64,000 nucleotides of DNA from Malacoraja senta (GCA_038087875.1 CM075992.1:2108001-2172000), one strand, 5' to 3'; shown: positions 1 through 12,031, counted from the first letter of the stretch. Translations and numbers: made by a program. Notes: generated by a model not told the origin, from the sequence alone.

Positions 1-287
1 AGCCGCTGGGGGTTCTCCCGACGCCGGAGCACCATCACCCGGCGAGAACATCGGGCGCCGTGGCGGCGACTGTGGAGGCCTCAATAGGCCCGACTCTGAG
101 TGGACAAGAGGATGGGGACTGGACTTTGTGCCTTCCCCCACAGTGGGGACCACTGTGGGGGGATGTTTTTGTGTTTTGGTGTTGAACTTCTTTTTGAATA
201 CTATGTTGTATTTTTATTGGTGTGCTGCAAGGACATCTGAATTTCCCCTGAATAAGGGGATTAATAAAGTCTAATCTAATCTAATCT
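1..287 (+). mobile_element. 3' end of a non-LTR retroelement (GC-rich body, AATAAA plus (CTAAT)n tail)
   Basis: GC-rich repeat-like body ending aataaagtctaatctaatctaatct; family not assigned. Confidence 0.5.
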
Positions 288-1019
288 CCCTCCCTTTTAG
301 TTCATCTATTCTAGTATTATCGGGATGCTGGCAGTATCTTTCATTCTGAAGGCAGATATAAACGTTTTCTTGTTCTCTCTCCCTTTGTTTCTCGCTTGTT
401 TTCTCTCTATCTTCTTTGCTCCCTGGCTCTCCTTCTCACCCCCTTCTGATTGTCTCGTTTTGTGTCTGCTTTTCTATCTTTCTCAGGCTTGGTTTTTTTC
501 CTCTTGCATCGAGTCATTTCCCCCCTCTCTCTCTCTCCCCCTCTCTCTCACTTACTGATTTGTTTAGGAAGTCAGGGGTGTGGCTATATTTCACTGTGCA
601 TTCTTTTAAATCCACCAACGCAGCCTGTGGAAGTGATATGCGATAGAGCTTTAATGTATGGGTTGAGGTTAAAAAAATGTATTGTCAAGTGTACAAGCTC
701 TGATACGTGGCTGGTTTTGCTGAAAACTTGGACGTGTTCCTGTGGAAATTCTTGGACGGAATTCCTGTGCTGCAGGCTTCCTGAGCAGAGCAGGATCGGC
801 TACCAGCGATCTTGGGAACAACACTCGTCTAATCAGGTACTTGGCGCACTGGCTCTGCCCACTCCTTTCTCGACACAGAGGCGCCGGGCAGGGGGCAGAA
901 AACCATGACATGCAGGGAAATGATGAAAGGACAGAGGTGACGGCCACAAGGGGGGGAAAGGCGTAGCCACTGGGGAGGGGGGGGGGGGGGGAGGCAGCAG
1001 GCACTCTGGAAGGGACAGA

Positions 1020-1432
1020 GGATCTTCTGTACTCGCTGGCGTTTAGAAGAATGAGAGGGGACCCTCATTGAAACGTACAGAATTGTGAACGGCCTGGATA
1101 GAGTGGATGTGGGGAGGGTGTTTCCACTGGTGGGAGAGTCTAGGACTGGAGGTCACAGCCTCAGAATTAAAGGACATTCTTTTTGGAAGGAGATGAGGAG
1201 GAATTTCTTTAGTCAGAGGGTGGTGATCTGTGGATTCTGTTGCCACAGAAGGCTGTGGAGGCCAAGTCAGTGGATATAATTAAGGCAGAGATTGATAGAT
1301 TCTTGATTAGTACGTGCCAGAGGTTACGGGGAGAAGGCAGGGGAACGGGGTTAGGAGGGAGAGATGGATCAGCCGTGATTGAATGGCGGAGTAGACTTGA
1401 TGGGCCGAATGGCCTAATTCTGTCCCTATCAC
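1020..1432 (+). mobile_element. CR1-type LINE 3' fragment
   Basis: RT C-terminal peptides (GESRTGGHSLRIKG, LPQKAVEA) and the 3'UTR shared with other copies. Confidence 0.8.
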
Positions 1433-1807
1433 TTGCGAACATGCTATGGGATGGGGAGAGGGAGGTCAAAGCGACTGATGCATGATGAAGGAGTAAAGGT
1501 GGATGGCATAGGGGAGGGTGAGAGGTTGAGGGCATTGGGGAGGGATGGAGGTGGAGGTCATGGGCATAGGGAAGAAGCAGGCGTCAATGGCACAGGGCAT
1601 AGGTCGAAATCATAGGACAAGTTCAGGGCTTGAGGGAAATGGCTGAGACTACAGGGGAGGGACAAAGGGGCAAGGATGCAGAGAAAAGATTGAGGCATTG
1701 TCAAATCAGAAGTTAAGATATCTCCTAATCTAAATAAGGGGACACACTTTAAAAAATATATATATATAAAGGGAGTAAATTAGCCCTGATTATTAGCAGT
1801 TATAATA

Positions 1808-2005
1808 TGTGTAGGAAGGAACTGCAGGTGCTGGTTTAAACTGAAGATAGACACAAAATGCTGGAGTAACTCAGCGGGACAGGCAGCATCTCTGGAGAGA
1901 AGGAATGGGTGATGTAAGAAAGGTCTCAACCCGAAACGTCACCCATTCCTTCTCTCCAGAGATGCTGCCTGTCCCGCTGAGTTACTCCAGCTTTTTGTGT
2001 CTATC
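1808..2005. mobile_element. PLE-terminus-derived short repeat, inverted (hairpin) arrangement
   Basis: ctggagtaactcagcgggacaggcagcatctctggagagaaggaatgggt followed by its reverse complement. Confidence 0.8.
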
Positions 2006-2611
2006 AGCAGTTATAGACAATAGACAATAGGTGCAGGAGCAGGCCATTCGGCCCTTCGAGCCGAATATAATATAATATAATGCCATTAATATAATATCAT
2101 GCCCTTACATAATACTACATTATCAATTTCTCCAACATGTTTAACTGAGAGAATTGCTGGAACTATAGGTTGACAGCCCTGCTCCTGATGGACTGCATGG
2201 CTGGGGTGTATTAATAAACAGCAAACGTTAGTTCTTTCTACAGAAAGAGAGGGCGATAGAAAACAGGAAACTGCAGGCTGGTAAACTTAACAGCGGAAGT
2301 GACATGGTCTTTCATTCAAGACGTCATAGCAGGAAATTTAGAAATGTTTACAGCAATTATGCGAAGTCAACATGATTTTGTGAAGGCAAAGTCAAGTTTG
2401 ACCAACTTATTGGAAGTCTATTGAAGAAGTGGTATATTGCGTATGAAGGTGAATTGGAGGATGCACTATTGCATCTGATAAGAGGCCACATTGTAAAAAA
2501 TAAAAAAACATGATGTTGGAGCTAACACACCAACATAGATAGAAAATTGTCTGGCTTACGGGAAACAGAGAGTAAGTACAAAACAGTTTTTTTAAATTGT
2601 GTTCTACATGT

Positions 2612-2956
2612 ATGGGTGCTGAAGATTGTTCCCGATGTTGGGGAAGTCCAGGACAAGGGGTCCCAGTTTAAAGATAAAGGGGAAATCCTTTAGGACCGAG
2701 ATGAGAAAAACATTTTTCACACAGAGAGTGGTGAATCTGTGGAACTCTCTGCCACAGAAGGTAGTTGAGGCCAGTTCATTGGCTATATTTAAGAGGGAGT
2801 TAGATGTGGCCCTTGTGGCTAAAGGGATCAGGGGGTATGGAGAGAAGGTAGGTACAGGATACTGAGTTGGATGATCAGCCATGATCATATTGAATGGCGG
2901 TGCAGGCTCGAAGGGCCGAATGGCCTACTCCTGCACCTATTTTCTATATTTCTATG
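2612..2956 (+). mobile_element. CR1-type LINE 3' end
   Basis: ORF 2626-2865 (FFTQRVVNLWNSLPQKVVEA); nearly identical to 10195-10625. Confidence 0.85.
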
Positions 2957-3624
2957 TAACTCTTCTCAATGTTTACAAAGTGACTTTGCTGAAAGCACCA
3001 CAGGTATGGTTAAGAAAGAACTGCAGATGCTGGAAAAATCGAAGGTAGACAAAAGTGCTGGAGAAACTCAGCGGGTGAGGCAGCTTCTATGGAGCGAAGG
3101 AATAGACGACCTTTCGGGTCGAGACCTTTATTCAAGATACTCAACGACAATGAAAGATATGAAAGTAAATTATGAAAAGCAGCTAAGGGGGCTACAAGTA
3201 GATATGGATAAGTTAAATGTGAGAGGGTAAATGCGAGATAAGTTATTTTTAAGGCAGAGATAAATTGATCCTTGATTTGTATGGGTGTTATGGGAAGAAG
3301 GTAGGAGAATGGGGTTAAGTGGGAAAGATAGATCAGCCATGATTGAATGGTGAAGTAGGCTTGATGAGGCCTAATAATGCTCCTATCACTAATGAACTTA
3401 TGAACTGGCAAATAGAGTCCATTGAGAAAAAGTAAAAAAATGTCTCTTTTTAACAATAAAAATGTATAAAATATATATGGAGAGAGATTACAGGGCTCCG
3501 AGACATGGAGAGAATTTGTTAAAGAAATGAGCTGCCAGAGGAGGTAGTTGAGGCAGGTACAATAACAATATTTAAAAGACTTTTGAACAAGTAAATTAAT
3601 AGGAAAGATTTAGAGGGAGAAACA

Positions 3625-4280
3625 AGGAACTGCAGATGCTGATTTACCCCAAAAAAAGACACAAAGTGTTGGAGTAACGCAAAAATGCTGGAGAAACTCA
3701 GCGGGTGCAGCAGCATCTATGGAGCGAAGGAAATAGGCAACGTTTCGGGCCGAAACCCTTCTTCAGACCTTCATGTTGGAGTAACTCAATGGTTCAAGCA
3801 GCAACTGGAGAACTTGGATAGGTGACGTTTCAGCTCGGGACATTTCTTCAGATTGATTATAGAGAAGGAGGAAAGAAAGTTGTGAGAGAGGAGAGGCAGG
3901 AGTAAGTGTGTAAGGTAATAGGTGGACACAGGCAAGGGGGGGGAGGGGATTGATAGGCAGATGGTTGGAACAAAGGCCACAGATTAAAGCAGGTGAGACA
4001 GACAGGTTGAAGAGTTGCAAAGTGTGAATGTAGCCACAGAAGGAATGTAGGCGAGGGGGAGGGGAGAAATAAGAGCAAGCCCAGGTGGTGCACAGAAGGT
4101 GGAGGAGAATTGGAGGGGGCGAGGGAAGAGGAGAGGGGAGGGGAGGGGAGGGGAGGGGAGGGGAGGGGGGGGGGGGGTTGTTAGAGCTTACCTAAATTGG
4201 AGAATTCAATGTTCATACTATTAGGTTGTAAAATACATAAGTGTGATATGAGGTGCTCTTCCTCCACTTTGTGCATGGTG
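3625..4280 (-). mobile_element. Penelope-like element 3' end (endonuclease C-terminus, pyrimidine tract, terminal repeat) with nested copy
   Basis: Minus strand 4185-4275 encodes EEEHLI..LQPNSMNIEFSN, matching the PLE end at 52197-52430; hammerhead-bearing repeat follows. Confidence 0.7.
3737..3768 (-). ncRNA. Minimal type I hammerhead ribozyme motif
   Basis: Reverse complement GU CUGAAGA A GGGU UUCG GCCC GAAA CG UU GC. Confidence 0.65.
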
Positions 4281-4869
4281 GAGTTTCACACTCGAGTATT
4301 TTATCAGATGATGCGGTGGTGCCAGTAGGCTAGAGGATTGTAAGCATTACACCTTTGTTTAAAGCAGCCAACGTATCAGTTATGTAATCTGCACTTTGCT
4401 GCCAGGAGGAGTGAGTGATGTACGGGGAGAAGTGCACAGTAAGCATTTATTGAGTCACACAGCATCTCTGGAGAGAAGGAATAGGTGACATTTCGGGTCG
4501 AGACCCTTCTTCTGACAGAGTTAGGGGAGAGGGGGTCTGGAGATATGGACGGGCAAGGTGTGAAAACGACAGATCAATGCAGATGATGGTAAGGAAATGT
4601 AGAATAAGGAATTTTATATGTAGGAAGGATCTGCAGATCCTGGTTTACGCCAAAGATAGACACAAAATGCTGGAGTAACTCAGCGGGACAGGCAGCATCT
4701 CTGGAGAGAAGGAATGGGTGACGTTTCTGGTCGACACCTTTCATCAGACTGGTTAGGGATAAGGGAGATAAAGAAGGTGATGTGGAGAGATAAAGAACAA
4801 TGAATCAAAGATATGCAAAAAGGTAAAGATGATAAAGGAAACAGGCCACTGTTTGTAGGGTGAAAATTA

Positions 4870-5275
4870 GAAGCTTTAAGACCTTCCTGGTAGGGGATGG
4901 AGGTGTAGAGTGATTTAACGTCCTTAGTAAAGATGAGGGAGTAGGGGCTCAGAAAGCGGAACTCTTTAAAGGGCATGTGAGGTATCTTGGACATGGGTCG
5001 GTGGAGATTGAATCAGGGGGGTCTGAAGAAGGGTTTCGGCCCGAAACGTTACCTATTTCCTTCGCTCCATAGATGCTGCTGCACCCACTGAGTTTCTCCA
5101 GCATTTTTGTGTACCAGGGGGGGTAGGATGGAGTCAAGGTACGTGGAAATCATTTCTGTGGGACAGGGGCATGCTGAAACAATGGGTGTGCCAGGGCAGC
5201 TGTGTTTGTGGATTTTGGGGAGAATGTAAAAACAGGCTGTGCGGGGCTGGGAAACAATAAGGATGGAGGCTGTGG
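4870..5275 (-). mobile_element. Penelope-like reverse transcriptase fragment, interrupted by a short repeat insertion
   Basis: Minus-strand peptides FYILPKIHK..PIVS and DVKSLYTSIP, typical PLE RT motifs. Confidence 0.75.
5021..5052 (+). ncRNA. Minimal type I hammerhead ribozyme motif
   Basis: GU CUGAAGA A GGGU UUCG GCCC GAAA CG UU AC. Confidence 0.65.
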
Positions 5276-5827
5276 AATTTTAAATAATTTATATTTTACA
5301 ATATTTTAATAAAATTATACATTTAATAAAATGAGGACATTTTCTCTCAGTCTGAAGAAGGGTATCGACCCAAAACATCGCCTATTCCCTTTCTCCAGAA
5401 ATGCTGTCTGACCCACTGAGTTACTGCAGCTTTTTGCGTCTATCTTCGGTTTAAACCAGCATCTGCAGTTCTTTCCTAAGCATTCATCGAGTCTGCAGAG
5501 GCTTATGTCCGGATGTGAGAGAACAATGGTCTGTCTCGACATGAAACATCACCCATTCCTTCTCTCCAGAGATGCTGCCTGTCCCGCTGAGTTACTCCAG
5601 CATTTTGTACCTGCAGCTCTGTTGTACGGAAGGAATGGCAGTGAAGAAGGGTTTCGGCCCGAAACGTTGCCTATTTCCTTCGCTCCATAGATGCTGCCTC
5701 ACCCGCTGAGTTTCTTCAGGACTTTTGACTACAGCAGAGAAGGATACAGCAGTCTCTGATATCAGGTGCCACTGCACACCTCTTGTGGCACGAAGGAGAA
5801 CTGCAACACTTACAACAGGATGTTTAG

Positions 5828-5956
5828 ACATCAGTCTGAAGAAGGGTCTCGACCCGAAACGTCACCTATTCCTTCTTTCCAGTGATGCTGTCTGTCCCAC
5901 TGAGTTACTCTAGCATTTTGTGTCTATTTAAAACAGCATCTGCAGTTCCTTCCTAC
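5828..5956 (+). mobile_element. About 130 bp hammerhead-bearing PLE-derived insertion with 16 bp TSD
   Basis: acaacaggatgtttag at 5812-5827 and 5957-5972. Confidence 0.8.
5834..5865 (+). ncRNA. Minimal type I hammerhead ribozyme motif
   Basis: GU CUGAAGA A GGGU CUCG ACCC GAAA CG UC AC; predicted cleavage after GUC at 5863. Confidence 0.7.
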
Positions 5957-6171
5957 ACAACAGGATGTTTAGTTTAAAGAACACAAAGTACAATCTACAT
6001 GATGCCTTCCAGTCAATGCATTGCCATTCCTCTCAGGTATTGTCTCCCTCCCCCAAATGTAACAATACACCCTGTGGTGCATTTATTTCATTGTAGCAAC
6101 TCTTGATTAATGTGTAAATTTGTGCTTGGAGCTTGAACTAATTTACTCTCAGAATATCAGGTTCAAACACA

Positions 6172-6302
6172 TCCATCCAGGAACTCCAGCGGCCCTTCCA
6201 GATGAGACAGAGGTTCACATGCACCTCTACCAATCTCGTCTACCACATGTGGTGCTCCCGATGTGGCCTCCTGTACATCGGCAAGACCAACACAGACTTG
6301 CC
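6172..6302 (+). mobile_element. Penelope-like GIY-YIG endonuclease fragment
   Basis: FQMRQRFTCTSTNLVYHMWCSRCGLLYIGKT: VY..CxxC..YIG motif. Confidence 0.8.
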
Positions 6303-6941
6303 GAGTCCGAGTCCAGCCTTTTGCTTTTGGTCAAGGTTCAATCACACTCTGTCTCCACCTGTTGGTTGCATGTAATTTCCAACACATTCATATACATCGT
6401 GTTGAGGATCCGGGAGCCTGAGAAAACTCTTTCTCCAGTGGAGTGTGCCTGAGCTAGGTCTAGCTATACATGGCCCCATACAGTGCAAGGTAAAGCCAGC
6501 AAGTCCGATCAAGGGTAGTCCGAGGATCACCAATGTGCTAGATAGTAGTACAACCAGTGCTGAACTACCATCTACCTCATTGGTAATCCTCGGACTATCC
6601 TTGATCGGACTTTGCTGACTTTACCTTGCACTAAACGTTACACCCTTATCATGTATCTATACACTGGAAATGGCTGGATTGTAATCATGTTTTATCTTTC
6701 TGCTTCTTCTTCTTTCGTGTGGCGTGCACAGCCTAAAGTTGTTGGACAACTTGTTCTATTTGATCTTCCGTTTGTGCACGTCGAGTTGATTGCATTAGTC
6801 GAAACAGGGCGGACCACGTGAAGGTTGCAATCTTCCACCCCATCTTTCTGCTGACTGGATAGCATGCAACAAAAGCTTTTCATTGTACCTTGGTGCGTGT
6901 GACAATAAACTGAACTGTAAACCAAGGATGTGACTTGTGCT

Positions 6942-7147
6942 GGTACACAAAAATGCTGGAGAAACTCAGCGGATGCAGCAGCATCTATGGAGCGAAGGAA
7001 ATAGGTAACGTTTCGGGCCGAAACCCTTCTTCGGCCCGAAACGTTACCTATTTCCTTCGCTCCATAGATGCTGCTGCACCCGCTGAGTTTCTCCAGCATT
7101 TTTGTGTACCTTTGATTTTCCAGCATCTGCAGTTCCTTCTTTAACAC
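6942..7147. mobile_element. PLE-derived hairpin insertion with 14 bp TSD
   Basis: Long inverted repeat; atgtgacttgtgct at 6928-6941 and 7148-7161. Confidence 0.8.
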
Positions 7148-7337
7148 ATGTGACTTGTGCTCTCTGGTGTATTGGGAAACGTGTACTCCACGGGCCAGGT
7201 GATCTCCCAAAGCCTTAAGTGAATGTGCAACTTTCCTTTTCACTGTACCTGGGTACATGTGGCAATAAACTAAAATGACTACTTTTGCAGCGCTTGGTCT
7301 GTGTAATACTAGTTTCAACTTTTCTTTCCAGCAGGTG

Positions 7338-7413
7338 ATGCGTGGCACCATAAGGATAGTTTGTGAACTACTACTGACTGCGGTTCTGCTGAATCAACAC
7401 AGCAACCAGACAG
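7338..7413 (+). CDS. IL27RA: IL27RA-like coding exon 1 (signal peptide MRGTIRIVCELLLTAVLLNQHSNQT)
   Basis: Acceptor cag just upstream of ATG, hydrophobic core, phase-1 donor gtgata compatible with the next exon. Confidence 0.6.
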
Positions 7414-8866
7414 GTGATAATTATGACCCTTGCACCTTCAATCCCGGATCCCTGATCAAGAAATCCAACCCTAACAAGAGCGAAAATATCACCACATGTA
7501 TATTGAAGCAAATGGACTGTTTCATTATGTGGAGCATGGATATATCTTTAAAAGATGGTTGGAAGCTGTGAAAAGTGACAGGACTGGGTTAATGTCAGAG
7601 GATGGGATTCAGAATCAGCATAAAGTGAGGAAGGTGGTGAAAACAGTAACTGGGGGAACATAGTGGATGGGAATGAACTCAGTGCTAGGTAACAGAAGTG
7701 CAATTTAGAGTGTAGAGCCTCACAGGGCATTCAAAGCAACTGATAAATCTATGAAACCAGTTAAAAGAATTCTACAAATGGTTAATCACAAATGGATTGC
7801 AATATGAAAGACAAGAGGTTATAGCGATCCTATGCAAAACCTGTCTGCAGCCAGTTAGTGTACTGTGGATGGCATATACAGCAGGCTCTGAAATTTCAAC
7901 AAATTAATTGGAATGTTCTTATTCAAGAAAATAAGAGACTGATCAGGTGAGATATTTAAACATCGTGAAAGGATAGGATAAAAAAATTGATGGCGTTTTG
8001 GAAAATGCAGAGGATATTCTTAGGCTATACAATTGTTTTGATCAGCTGTTAAATTAGATCAACTGAATTTAATCCTGATAAATACAAAGTAATTCATTTG
8101 GGGAGATCATATAAGGGTAGGACATACAGAGTGAATGATAAGGTCTTAGCGAAGTATCAAGGAAGAGAGAGACCTTGGTGTCCAAGCCTAACGATCCATG
8201 AAAGTGGCAGAACAGGCAGACAGGGTGTTAAAGAATGCATATTGGATGTCAGTGCCACACATCCAATATGCACTCCACCAAGCTATCCTGAATTGGCATG
8301 GCAGGCATTCCCTGCTCTGGACTTTGATATTTGACTGAGGCTTGAAGCCTGATAAAGGATAGTATCTCGTATGCCAGACTCATGGAACATAGGAAAGGTC
8401 AGCTGTCCCAAGAGAACAGGAAGATGCTTAAGAATATCCAGAATAGCTAAGTAGATACAGTATAAACCGAAGATAGACACAAAAAGCTGGAGTAACTCAG
8501 CGGGACAGGCAGCGTCTCTGGAGAGAAGGAATGGGTGACGTTTCGGGTCCATTCCTTCTCTCCAGAGATGCTGCCTGTCCCACTGAGTTACTCCAGCTTT
8601 TTGTGTCTATCTTTGGTTTAAACCAGCATCTGAAGTTCCTTCTTACACATAGCTACAGTCTAAACATTTGCTCTAAATGTCCAGAGAAATGAGTTCAAAT
8701 CCACTGCAACAATTGGGAATTTAAATTCTGTTAATTAACCATGTTAACTGGGTTAGGAAACAAAGTCAGGATCGTATGTTAAATCAGACCCACAGGAATG
8801 CCAATCACAATGCCGCCCCATGAAAGTACTTTACCGCCACTGTTTCCTCATCTCTTTTATCCCCAG

Positions 8867-8978
8867 ACATGTTCTGCTTCAGAGTGGACAAGGACTCGGA
8901 GGTGATCTGTACTTGGAGCCCAATCCATAACACCTGGAAGACCACTGAGTACATGTTCCACTTGGAAATGAAGAGCAG
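8867..8978 (+). CDS. IL27RA: IL27RA-like exon 2 (DMFCFRVDKDSEVICTWSP...)
   Basis: C-x10-C-x-W cytokine-receptor motif; cag/gtgagt. Confidence 0.85.
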
Positions 8979-9392
8979 GTGAGTCTTGACTTCATATCAT
9001 AACTTACTGTGGAAGGGTAACTTGGGACACAAACAGTAACTCATCTTCCATCAGAGCTGTGTCTGTTCAGTTGTCAGAATATAATCCAGACTGATACTCC
9101 ACTGACGTACTGAGTTTAACAAGGAACTGCAGATGCTGGAAAATCCAAGGTAGACAAAAGTGCTGGAGAAACTCAGCAGGTGCAGCAGCATCTATGGAGC
9201 GAAAGGAAATAGGCAACGTTTCGGCCCGCTGGGTTTCCCGCACCCGCTGAGTTTCCTCAGCACTTTTGACTACCTACTGAGTTTAACAAGTCATTCTGAA
9301 ATTTGAAGGTCCTGTTGATTGAGACAGAGGACAGACACAAAATGCTGGAGTAACTCAGCGGGACAGGTAGCATCTCTGGAGAGAAGGAATGG

Positions 9393-9424
9393 GTGACGTT
9401 TCGGGTCGAGACCCTTCTTCAGAC
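9393..9424 (-). ncRNA. Minimal type I hammerhead ribozyme motif
   Basis: Reverse complement GU CUGAAGA A GGGU CUCG ACCC GAAA CG UC AC. Confidence 0.65.
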
Positions 9425-9918
9425 TTATTAAACAAAGGACCTGTCTTCAGAATCTGAAGTAGGGTCCCAATCTGAAATGTCATCTGCTCATTCCCTCCAC
9501 GGGTGTTGCCTGGCCCACTGAGTTCCCCCAGCAGTTTGTTCTTTGCTCAAGGATCCGTACCTGCAGTTCCTTGGCTTTCCCAGATGGGGAGAGTCAAGGA
9601 ACATCTGCTCTTTCAGATGGATGAGAAAGATCCCAACAAGTGGGTTGAGTTAACCTTGCATCCTTGAGCCAATATCTATCTCTCAAGGAATATCACCAAA
9701 TAGGTCATTAACCTAGAATGAAAACTAGACTGCAAAGTTAAATTAACAAACAGTCAAGGAATGTGTTTTTGAGTTAGGATTGATTCAGTCAGAGATTTTA
9801 AGATATTGAGGGGTACTGATCAGGAAGGCAGAGATACACTATTTTCATCTACCAAGTGGTTTATTACCATGGGGCAGGTTCCCAGCTTTCAAAAGTGAAG
9901 TATCAAGACTTAGAACTC

Positions 9919-10146
9919 AATAGACAATAGACAATATAGACAATAGACAATAGGTGCAGGAATAGGCCATTCGGCCCTTCGAGCCAGCACCGCCATTCAA
10001 TGGCTGATCATCCCCAATCAGTACCCCATTCCTGCCTTCTCCCCATATCCCCTGACTCTGCTATTTTTAAGAGCCCTATCTAGCTCTCTCTTGAAAGCAT
10101 CCAGAGAACCCGCCTCCACCGCCCTCTGAGGCAGAGAATTCCACAC
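9919..10146 (-). mobile_element. CR1-type LINE 3' end with (TAGACAA)n tail
   Basis: Reverse complement of the CR1 3'UTR seen elsewhere. Confidence 0.75.
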
Positions 10147-10194
10147 TCTTACCCTACCCCCAACCAATGTGGTGAAAGGTTCTTTTCAACCAGT

Positions 10195-10625
10195 GACTGG
10201 CTTATACTCGCTAGAATTTAGGAGATTGAGAGGGGATCTTATAGAAACGTACAAAATTCTTATGGGGTTGGACAGGCTAGATGCAGGAAGATTGTTCCCA
10301 ATGATGGGGAAGTCCAGGACAAGGGGTCACAGCTTAAGGATAAGGGGGAAATCCTTTAAGACCGAGATGAGGAAAAACTTTTTCACACAGAGAGTGGTGA
10401 ATCTCTGGAACTCTCTGCCACAGAGGGTAGTTGAGGCCAGTTCATTGGCTATATTTAAGAGGGAGTTAGATGTGGCCCTTGTGGCTAAGGGGATCAGGGG
10501 GTATGGAGAGAAGGCAGGTACGGGATACTGAGTTGGATGATCAGCCATGATCATATTGAATGGCGGTGCAGGCTCGAAGGGCCGAATGGCCTACTCCTGC
10601 ACCTATTTTCTATGTATCTATGTAT
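10195..10625 (+). mobile_element. CR1-type LINE 3' end
   Basis: GLYSLEFRRLRGDLIETYKIL...FFTQRVVNLWNSLP. Confidence 0.9.
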
Positions 10626-10833
10626 CCAGTTTCAAGGCCCAAGATGACCAGTGACTGGATGCAAGATCTAGTAGCTGTAATCAAGGACCAGGAACCAATG
10701 ACCAAGGATGACTAACATGAACTAGGACCTGTGGAGGGGATGCGACCAATGATAAAGGACGTGTGCTATTGGTGCTGAGGTAACTGCAAGGCTGTGGCGA
10801 TGACTGATGAGTTTCTCTTAGTTCCATCCACAG

Positions 10834-10976
10834 CAATAAGCCGCTTCGTATTCCGACCCTCTTGCCTTCGGTGACCCTAGAAAGGAAGATCCTCTCTGCG
10901 GGCAAGTGGTACGTTGCCTGGGTAGAAGTCAACAACACGCAGCTATCAAGTCTGGAATTCATCATCGAAGACATAG
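10834..10976 (+). CDS. IL27RA: IL27RA-like exon 3 (SNKPLRIPT...WYVAWVEV...IEDI)
   Basis: Open frame, phases 2/1; an in-frame alternative start at 10822 is possible. Confidence 0.75.
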
Positions 10977-11879
10977 GTACCAGTGATATTCCGAGGGTCA
11001 CGTTTTCATGCATTGTCGTGGATGTTTTCTAAAACTGAATAACAGGGAATTAATAACGTGCTTACATTCCTGTGGCATCCATTTCAGGAAAAGTATCTGA
11101 AGGGGAGTCCAAATGTGACAGTTTCAGTAAGGGAATTCCAGAGGTTTTTTTTCTTCTTTCCTTCTTTCTTTACATCTTTATTCACTCTTTGGCCACACTA
11201 CCTTGGTAGTCTAGGGCTTCTATCTTTGCACCTCTCACTTTTTATCTCTCTTGTTCTCTTTTCTTTTCCCTTATTTTCAAGTTAAAAAGTCACAATTGAA
11301 GCTGTACATTAATAACTGTATAATTTTATATGCCGATTGTTTTATTATTGTACAATTGCTTCTAATAAATAAATAAATGGACAACTAAATAAATGGATTC
11401 CAGAGTTTAGGACTTTGATACTTGAAGGTGTGGGGGCTGGGAGGGGGGGGGGAGATTAAATGCAGAGATGTTCAAGATACCATAGTGGAAGGGGGGGGGG
11501 TGGGGGGGTGCAGGCTCAGAGGATGTAGTAGAGAAAGGGAGGGTGGCCACGAGGAGTTTGAGTTGAAGTTTTAAGAAAGCCTTGCTTAACCAAGACCAGC
11601 ATCATTCAATTAAAGCAAGATAATGAACGAACAGGACTCAATTCAAGTAAGGACACGTGCCACAGAGTTTGGATTAAGCTAAAATTTAGAAAAAATATAA
11701 AATTGAAAGCTAGGTAGCTGGGAATGATCAGGTCTATCTAAAGATAATGACAACACAGATGACAAACAGATATGGCTGATAGACACATGAAGATTACATT
11801 CAGAAGTTGCTTTTACTCAGTACTGGTTCTTTCAGGGATTGCCAATTCTTTTTGATGGCGTGTTTTGTCATTGCTTTAG

Positions 11880-12031
11880 TGAAGCCCCAGCCTCCAGTTA
11901 ATGTGTACGCCAAAACCGATGGTCCCACGAATATAGCGATTGAATGGACGAAACCTGCCAACCTCGACCAATTCGTCAATATGCAGTATGAGCTTCAGTA
12001 CAGATTGGCAGGCCAGGAAAATTGGAATGAG
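11880..12031 (+). CDS. IL27RA: IL27RA-like exon 4 (VKPQPP...YELQYR..WNE)
   Basis: FNIII D2 N-half; tag/gtaggt. Confidence 0.9.
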
